Assembly (NCBI GenBank): GCA_002269645.1
Contig: NIVC01003075.1
Coordinates: forward strand, 57,233-121,232
Direction: 5' to 3'
DNA length: 64,000 bases
Source of the DNA: Macrostomum lignano
Taxonomy: Eukaryota
The notes beneath the pieces were generated by a model, which saw only the letters and a list, made by a program, of their open reading frames with translations, did no database searches and was not told the DNA's origin. Both the position numbers and the translations under genes were made by a program. Below, one piece after another: positions 48,641 through 64,000 of this stretch. Position 1 is the first letter of the stretch. Every line of letters begins with the position of its first letter.

Positions 48641-50761
48641 TATGGTTGAAGCATTCATTTATTGCCAAATACGAGCTAGCTAGTATTAGCTAGTTGTGAA
48701 GCTTAAAATAGCTCTTCGCAGATTTTCCATTAGCCAAAATAATCGCCCTGAACACCCCGCGTACCCTTGCGATTGGCAATTTTCCACTCCATCAAGCATC
48801 GGTCTGCCTCCTAGGCTCCGGTCAGTATGCTGCGATAAGACTGCAACTAATAATAATTGTGCAGCTTTGCAGGCCTGCATAGCTTCCTACTGTTGATTTT
48901 CGACCTCCGGTTGACGGTCGTTCCGTACCTCCTCACCCACCCGCTGCCTGCCTGTCTCATCCAACTGGCTCTTCCTATTCGTGTCCTGCGATCTCTGAAG
49001 CGGAAATTGGGCGCCAGAATTCTCCGTCTTTTTGTAAAGATAGAAAGACAGTAAGGGGTTGTAAATAGCTGGATAATCCGCGTATTACGAGGTACGCGTA
49101 TAAATCAGTCACCGCGTGTTCCTACAATACAACTACTAGCGTATATGATTTTAGCTAGTGTTGAGTTTCCTCAAAATACGCTCGTAGATTAATTCCTTAT
49201 CGACTGAACTTGATGAAAAGTTTGAGTGTCTCTTGACATCAGGTACGTTGGATACACCGGCAGACGTCGGAATGTTGCACTGACAAGTCTACGCTCGTTG
49301 CTCCTTTAGGATGGAAATCAGTGCTGGAAAATGCCGTCACTTATTGCATGTCTATCAACGTACCCCACCCACAGAAGCGTCATCGACTGCCGGATCAACG
49401 ACACTGTTTTCACTATCCGCTATTGCAACAATGACACTGCTGGGTGTCAACATGAGAGCTTCAGCGTGATTTTAAGCTTGAATGCGTTACTTTACTGTGT
49501 ACAGATGAGAGGCGTGCGTGTGACGCGCTTTTTGTTGTTGTTTATTTGTAACACGCATATCAACGAATCAATTGTTTGCTCTGTGTTTGTCGATACTTGC
49601 AAAATGCTTCACCAAAAGAGAAAATTCCAATTTTTTGGTCAGAATTCCTTCGTAGTGTTTTGCGATATGCGTAGCGTAGTAATCTTGTGGAAAAACTATT
49701 GCCGCTGATAAAAAATGTTTCTCCTTACTGTATATTGTCGCGTAGAATAAAGTTAATGTACGCTCGTAGCTATTGTGCGCACGTGATACTAGTGAAAGTA
49801 ATACTGTGTGTGCAAGAAATGCACTTAGAATATAAATTTCGTATCAAATTTTAAATTTCAACTACTAGAAATTCTTTAATGACTTCTTTAATGACTTAAT
49901 ACAGAAAATTATAGTTCTGATAGATCAAAATCGCCAACAATATTTATGCAGCTGCTACAGAAATATCCTGAATAAAATATCACATAATCGTTTAGGACGT
50001 TTTGATAGACGCTGTTTATAATTTAGACGCAAATATTTATATTGAATATTGATAAAATATTAAGGTACAAATTCATATTGAAAACAAACGAAACAATGTT
50101 AACTTGAGTACCCGTGCAACATTCCGACATCTGCCGAAGTACCCGACATTGATGGACGTCGCTGGCAAATGGGTCTTTTTACATTACACCGACGGATAAC
50201 GACGTATGTACAATAGTAATAATTATAATTATAGTAATTATAATAATGATTATTATTATATTAGTGTTAATTCTATTATTTATACGTCGACAAAACTTCG
50301 CATAACGTAAAAGTACTAATTTGCCATCGATGTCGATGGCAAAAACGTCGACTGACATTGCTGTTGTTGATATGCTGCTACGGTATAGAGGAAATGATTA
50401 TTGGATGCAAAAATCATTTTCAGCATTAACGAGTATTAGATATTACACAAACTGAGAGATGAGATGGAAAAAATTAAAAAAGCTGTAAATATTATTCGGG
50501 TGAGCTGGGACACAATTCGCAAGTTTACAATAGTTGACTTGCACACAAGTATATGAAAAAAGCAATGGTGTCAGGACTACGAGCGTATTCAATACTCAAT
50601 AATAAAATATACAAGTCTAGTTCATTTTATATTTTTAAAGTGGATTTTATGCTGAAAATTTTAAAATATCGAGATGTCTTTCATTCTTAAAAGACAATAT
50701 AAATAAAAAACCACGTCAACAGTACACGCTATAGATGCAGTCGAAAGTACAGCAGGAACAC

Positions 50762-52672
50762 TCATGTACAGTAGACTTCGTCCATCGGCCGGGACTTGTT
50801 AGTCTCGTTCTCGATGTACTTGAGAATGGCCATGTACACGAAGCGGTATTGCGGCTCGGTCTGTATCATACCCGAGCGCTGCGTTCGAAGATTCCTAGCC
50901 GCCCGGAAGATGTCCAAATCGGAGTTGACGCCGATCGCTTGCAGCTGGTTGATGAGGATATCCAGCACTATGAAGGTGCCAGTGCGACCAATTCCCGCGC
51001 TGCAGTGCACCACAATTGGTGGACCGGGGCGCGGCTTGCCGGCCCGAATCCGGTCCACTAGCTGGTTCATGTCGCGCAGCAGAGTCAGAATGGAGGTCGG
51101 GTCCGTTGGCACGCTGTGGTCTGGCCAGGCCAGGTACTGGAAGTGATAAACCAACCGCGGTGGCTCTTTGCGTGCGCTGTGGCTCACCTCCAGTTTAGTC
51201 AAGGTGTAGTCATGCTTCAGAGTTTCGTCGAGGTAGCGAATAATAAAAGCGCCGCCAGACTCGCCGATTTCAACCTGTTTGACCGGGTCCGCGCGTGTCG
51301 ACCAATACTTGGCGCACTTGCTCTTGCCGCCCTCAACCTCCTTAGTTGTCATGACGATCATTTCGACCTTCTCTTGCCACACCATGCGCCAGAAGTCCAC
51401 GACAGTGGCCTGCAGCGGCCCCTGACTGGCTATATAGACATTGTGGTTCGGCAAGTGTAGATCAGGTCGAATGTAGTTGGCATTCACGTAATCGTTTAGC
51501 GGTGGCTCAACAGTGTCGGTGAGTTTCACGCGCGTTTCATCATAAGGCAGAATGTTTTTGAAGCGGTTTTTGTTTCGATTGGCTGCTTTGAAGCCCTCAG
51601 TCTTGGGCCTCTCGCGGTTGTCTTCGTCGAACTTTGTCAACTGCATGTACTCGTCGCTGAAGCCGCCCTCCTCCGAGTGGCCAAGATCGTTGATGCGATG
51701 CTTGATGGTTGTCGCCTTCAGACTTGACGTGTTAACAGGTTTTTTAAGCTTGTATTGGATGCCGTTCGAGTCCACCATGCTGCGTTCTTTGTAGAAGCTG
51801 ACCAATTCTTGGACTGAAACAAAGGTGCTGTCCTGTGACACGTGAAACTTTTGCTGACCACGCGAGTCCTGACCTTTGCGAATCTGCACGTGCACCACCT
51901 TGTTGTCCGGGCCTACCATTGAGATCACGTACAAAGGCTCGCCGTGGGCAGCCAATCGGATCAAGAAGCTGCCCTCCGACTTGCCATCAAGCAATGCGGC
52001 AGCCCGCTTTCCGTTGATGTTTCGGTGAAACCAGCGATCGTCCAGGAACACCGGATTGTCCTTGAATATCGGCTGGCTAAGCCTCACCTGCACGTGATTA
52101 GACAGGTTAAGAGTGTGCTTGCCAGAGGTATAATGCTGAATGATCTCGAAAGGGGACGCAAACTGTTCCGTGTCGCCCTCCAGCTGGCAGACCTCGCCGT
52201 TCGAAACGATCTTCACGTGAATAACTTTGGCTCGGTGCAGCACAGACAGCACCGTGGCCTGAGCTCCGGTGCCGTCTCGAGATTTGGAGCTGGGACGAAG
52301 CAAGAAGGCGCCCTCAACGCCGTGAGTTGCCAATAGACTCTCGGCAGTGGGACCATTGATCTTGTGGTAGCACCTGCGTTAATTTTGTGCAGAGAATAGT
52401 TTAGTAATCAGCTTTTACTCTCCCAAAAAAACAAAAAATTAATTGCATAATCAAATGGATTTTGAGTAGCTTAGCACCGGACGATTAGAGTGGGGTTGTT
52501 GTGCGATTCGTGTTGCATCTGCAAGTACGTGTTTGACTCAGGAGCAAGCTGAATGTGCTTGACTACTTGACTATCACCTTAATTTAGTGCAGTGCTCACA
52601 GCAAAATAAAGGCAATGTTATCAAATAACAGTTTACTCACAGGGTCGCAGTTGGAGCCACTGAGACAGTCAT
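50762..52672 (-). CDS. PTPN11: SH2-SH2-PTP tyrosine phosphatase, SHP2/corkscrew (PTPN11/PTPN6) family, ~547 aa, two coding exons
   Basis: Exon 1 52672-52641 (MTVSVAPTAT, phase 2, donor gtgagt) and exon 2 52373-50762. N-SH2 GAFLLRPS; C-SH2 WFHRNING...GSFLIR; PTP motifs KNRFKNILP, DYVNANY, YIASQGP, WPDH, VHCSAGIGRTGT and QRSGMIQT. Confidence 0.95.
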
Positions 52673-53516
52673 TGTTAGGACGAATCTCTCTCTTTAGGAC
52701 TTTTTGCAAGCTGGTTCTTCGAATACCGAATCGAATGACAATTGAAGCTGTTTAGCAAGCAATTGCTATTGCCTGGCTATAATCGTATCAGATATTAAGC
52801 TTGTTCTGCCAGTTTTAAACGCACATTTAATAAATTCCATCTGCGCACTAGCCCACCATAATTCTGTTGGAAACTAACCGGCTAATCAGACTGATCCAAT
52901 CTCTTCCGCTGCAAAGTGACGCTTGGCTAGCTGTGCCGTGTGAAAACTGGCATAGTCATGTAAACAATAATTCTGTTGAAGCTGAGCCCAGGGTTGACAA
53001 CTGCATCGGGGCACATTTGGCAAGAAATTTCGATTCAGCGGATGAGCCAAATTAAGCTTATAATGTGTATTAAAATTAGTGGGCAGCTGTTAATTGCCCA
53101 GCTTGCTGTCAGAAGCCGTGAGCAGAGCCGATTTGTTCGCATGGATCTGGAATTATATGGGAAATTTCGTACATGTGAAACTATTTTGACTGTGACCAAA
53201 ACTTTAGCAATTCATTTAAAATTTGTTGTCACTTTAATTAGATACAATGCGCTTATTCTTGTGTACAACTGCTTTCAAAGCGTACCTAGGAACATGACTG
53301 TTAGTCTCGGGGTGGAACGATTGAGAGACTTACTAATATCAGATAGCCATAGCAACAAAAACCACCAGTGACGTTTACTCTTGGATATTTTACATGCAAT
53401 TTTTTTAACTTAGAGATGTTTCTATTTACATTACCTACTTAAAGCAGTTATTGAATATTTATTTCCAGTAGAAATGAGTTTCCCAGCTAAAAGAGGCATC
53501 CATTTTCACAATAATA

Positions 53517-53822
53517 ATAATATAATAATAATTGATTGGACCTGCCCCAATTGGGCCAGATGTGCAACCGACAGCTCAGCCGCAGCTATTGCGCGGCGCA
53601 TCTGAAGGCTGCGTACGGCTGTTCAGTCCAAGTATTGGGGGGTCGCCACACACATCCTCAATTATCCCAGCTAATGCTGGCACCAATTTTACAGCTGGGT
53701 GAACTGAAGCAATGTAAAGTTAAGTGTTTTGTTCAAGGACACAAATTGTTACGAGTGGTTCGGGAATCGAACCCCCGACCTATCAGTCGTGAGTCCGACG
53801 CTCTAACCACTGGGCTACGAGC
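53517..53822 (-). mobile_element. tRNA-derived SINE family A, near full length, with (TTA)n tail
   Basis: A box TAGCCCAGTGG, B box GGTTCGATTCC, the same body as the other copies, and an AAT-repeat at 53510-53533. Confidence 0.9.
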
Positions 53823-54653
53823 TACATGTACAGCCCCTCAACGAGTAACAAGCATTTTCAACAATTAATAAACAACAATTTATTGCTTTGAGATTTTAGC
53901 GGCTTTTAGCGTCTATGTACAATAGTTTTGTTGTGCAATAGTTTAGCCAGAAAAGTGCATGAAAAGCTTCGAGCACTCGATAATAAGTTCCTTCAGAGAA
54001 CCAAACAGCTGCGGGCTCTGATGAAGAACGCGAATTCTCTGCTGAATCGATCGATGGGTTGAGCAAACAAAACCATGCGCCACTCGGAATCCTTAGGCTC
54101 TGTATTTATTTTATCGATGCAGCAAGGCGGAACTTATGCCAGGTGAAGGTGACGAGTCTCACGGTCCAGAGAGAGACATGAGAGTTGAGCACTTATTGAA
54201 ATTGCAAACGCATTTTTTATTTACATGCAACGCGCGTTTTTTACGACCAATAGATTCTTAAGTCGGTCCTAATACGCGCGTATCTTAGTCGTTCGTATTT
54301 TGAGTTTAAAATCCACTAAGCAGAGTTAATTTTTGCCACTGCCCTCAATTTGCGACAATTTTCAATCCTATTCAAAATACTTTTTACGACTTTCTTCGCA
54401 TAGATTTCATAAAACTGTACACTAAAAAAGCTCGTCTCTAAGAGAGTAAGATGGTCTGAGTTGCTCAGTCCTCTCTACTCTTCTCCCACTTCCTGCTGGG
54501 CCAATGAGAGCTGTGTATGCTCTTTCCTTGTGCACCTGGAGGAGGAGAAGAAATATGACATCCCAGAGAAAAATGAAGAAACTTATTGATTAAACTATAG
54601 CTAGGACTGAATGGCAAACTAAAGTCAATCCTGCAAATTTCACAGAACTAAAT

Positions 54654-61448
<6,795 letters not shown>

Positions 61449-61875
61449 GTAAGGTTGACAAACATGTCGCACTCTTCAACTATATCGTATCGTTGAAACG
61501 TCTCATTGTTTAAGTTAGTTTTCACTGCAGCGAAATTTCATAAGCACGAAACTTCAAGGTAATTTGATATAGCGGAAGTAACGAGGATGACTTTTCGACT
61601 ATTCCTGGGTAATTATGTAGACGGACAAATTGTCAACAACACATGACCAGTCATTACCACACTATCCTTTTTTAAACTTCCTAATGCTACTTTTTCTGAT
61701 CCGAATTCTGCTGGTGAACAGTCGGTTGGTGGTGAAGTTTAATTTAGTTGCCAGACGAAAGCAACTTTACGAGTGAAAGCGTCAATTTCAAGCAACAGTC
61801 GAGAATTAGGAACACCATCGTGTTGTTGGTGTTGTTTATCGAGGTTTTTTATCTTATTTCAACGGACATTGTAAT

Positions 61876-62038
61876 ATTCCTGCACGAAAACGAGTGCGTC
61901 AATGGCAAAAGCACTTCAATGGCGCGACTTTGGGGCTCTTCAATGCGGCTTGAGTTGCCCAGCCTAATGACCAGTTGGCACGCTTTGTTTCGCGCACTCG
62001 TGCTTTTGCCATTGACGCACTCATTTTCGTGCAGGAAA
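61876..62038. repeat. ~39-bp inverted repeat at the putative left end of the Crypton
   Basis: ATTCCTGCACGAAAACGAGTGCGTCAATGGCAAAAGCAC (61876-61914) and its near-perfect reverse complement at 62000-62038. Confidence 0.9.
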
Positions 62039-62472
62039 TCATTGATATATTCCTGCACGGTCACACGAGTGCACGATGTCCTTCACGCACGAGTGAACGT
62101 GAAGGAATTCCATTGTCGATGATTCATCGTGCAGTAATGCACAAAACCGTGCAGGAATGCATTTCTGCGCCTAATGCTTTTTCAGTGAGATTTTACCATA
62201 GACATCCATTCCTGCACGCAAAAGAGTGCAAGAATGCCATTCTTGCATGGAAAATCAGCCGACAATGTCTTTTGACCATAGACAAAGTCATTCCTGCACG
62301 GTTTTCGAGAAACGTTAAGAAGAGATGAAAATTGAGTGGAGAGTTTATAGAAAAGTGTATAAAGCTTATTGACTATGGCGTCTGTAATCGACTCGGCTCT
62401 GAATCCTCCATTAATTGATTTTCGCTACGCTACGGTGTCTGGATTAAGTGGCGACGAAATGTTTATGAAAGT

Positions 62473-63970
62473 GTGTCCAGCAACTTTGAGAGGACGGGCG
62501 ACGATTTGACTGCACTGATAGCGGATTGCACGTTCAGCGAGGAATTAGAGAAACTTTTCAGCTCGGATCCGGAAACCTTGTGTAACCTTGACGAATTGGA
62601 AAGTCTGGCCGCTCAACTGGAACGCGACAACGAATGTCATTCGACTGTCTCTAAGGAGAAAGCTGTGATCAACCGCTTGACGGCCTGGTTGGCGGAGAAT
62701 AATTTAAAAGTGGATTACGCGACTGCTTCGTGGAAGAAATTGCCAAATGGTCCGCTACTTCTATGCGACTCTGCGTAAGTCAGACGGCAGCTTCTATTCG
62801 CCGAATACAATCGTAGGAATTCGAGCCGCACTGTTCAGGTACTTTATGAAATTACGTGGCCTCAATATCATCGCTCACGAGGCTTTCTTGGCGCGAATTT
62901 GATGGTGAAGAATGTTTGCAATGCGTATTTGAAGTCCGGTGGTCGAGTGCAGCATTACGAAGCCATTGAGTCGGACAACCTTGTCAAGCTTGCTTCTTAC
63001 TTCGACAGAAGCACTCCAACACGTTTGCAAGAAGAGGTATATTTCAATGTGTTATTTATATTTCGGCAATCGCGGCAGAGAATGGCTACGAGGTCTCACT
63101 GTTCGTTCATTCCGAGAGAAGGCCCTATCAAACGGAGCTATGGCGATCGAGTTGCAAGGCAGCACCTCAAAGAATGTAAAAGGCTCGAGTGACATGCGAC
63201 TCTGCGACGACAATAAACAGGCCTTGATGGTGGCCAAGCCGGAGTCAAGGCACTGTCCAGTTCAGGCCTTCCAGCTTTATTTGTCGAAAATTACTGCCGT
63301 GCCGGGTTGGAATCAGGAGGACTTCTTTCTGCGTCCGAAACCAGAGTGAATGCGGATGGCATCTGGTACACCAAAGTACCAGTTTGGAATCAACACTGGG
63401 GCCGTTGCTCAAGAAGATCTCTTCGAATGCTAACCTGTCCAAGCTGTACACTCCGCATTGTGTGCGACCTACAGTTGTTACGGAGCTGCATGAAGCTGGC
63501 TTTTCTGTCGAAAAAATTGCGAAGGTGACAGGTCACAAGGTGAGCAATTCTTTATTCTTAGTAAGTTTATTGACACATGGACAAGGAATTTATTAAACAC
63601 CACCTCTATTCACAGAATAGCGCGTCGTAGAACGATACATCCGGAGAGGCAAGAAGAGGACTCGATCATGGCAGGGATGAGTGATCAGCTGACAGTCGCT
63701 CTAGCTGGAACTATGCCGGCACCAAGTTCTACATTGAGCGAAGCTCCTGCAAGGGCTGTATACAACTACCGACCGCTGCGCCCTGAGCGACGCTCCTTCA
63801 AGGGCTGTTGCGACTACCGACCCGTGCGCGATCAGCGTCAATGTCAACTGTCAAGAAGTCACTGGTTGTTGAAGAATCGACCACCACACTTGTAGCAGCC
63901 CCCACTAAGCGGATGAAGATTTTGGCAAACGGCGAAAACGAATGTTGTGCAGTTATATTTTCGAGTAAAT
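62473..63970 (+). mobile_element. Decayed Crypton (CryptonA/DUF3504-like) tyrosine recombinase element in an iGluR intron
   Basis: Frameshifted segments: STVSKEKAVINRLTAWL; YFYATLRKSDGSFYS...IRAALFRY; FGNRGRE (catalytic R); CPVQAFQLYLSK; FFLRPK; WYTKVPVGINTL; YTPHCVRPT (HxxR); VTGHK (H). A 76-nt GT-AG intron (63540-63615) is followed by a frameshifted S.ERY (catalytic Y). Confidence 0.85.
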
Positions 63971-64000
63971 GCCGAGAGGGGGTGTGAGTAGGTCTATAGA

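Noticed and set aside
48686-49054. Exon-like GC-rich segment with ORFs on both strands
   Set aside because: No consistent splice or phase model and no motif. It may hold the last exon of the secreted-protein gene, but this is unresolved.

Overview
Eukaryotic (invertebrate) genomic DNA. GC-richer exons sit in AT-rich introns packed with private minisatellites, tRNA-derived SINEs and DNA transposons. This style resembles a free-living flatworm such as Macrostomum, which is an inference and not a database match. Host genes reconstructed by hand from splice signals and protein motifs are: (1) a BRWD1/PHIP/BRWD3-family WD40 gene on the minus strand, with 10 coding exons from 28477 down to 833, continuing off the left edge; (2) a PAN/Apple + fibrinogen-domain pseudogene with two nonsense codons; (3) a cysteine-rich secreted-protein gene; (4) an SHP2/corkscrew-like 2xSH2-PTP gene with only one intron; (5) a divergent ATD-containing ionotropic glutamate receptor-like gene that continues off the right edge. 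The standout feature lies in BRWD coding intron 1. A mariner element (18067-25612) was interrupted 3 bp after its stop codon by a 6.25-kb element (19305-25553). This element has no target-site duplication (empty site AAA|TTT), as in Spy-type PHIS transposons. Its termini are inverted arrays of a 161-bp satellite, each full unit carrying a four-tetrad G-quadruplex motif. Its single intact 988-aa ORF fuses a DDE_Tnp_4-type transposase to a ubiquitin-specific protease (USP/C19) domain with an intact Cys-His-Asp triad. Other mobile elements are a non-autonomous Helitron loaded with two minisatellites, a solo LTR rich in AP-1 and CArG sites, a Tc1 fragment, a decayed Crypton tyrosine-recombinase element and several MITEs.
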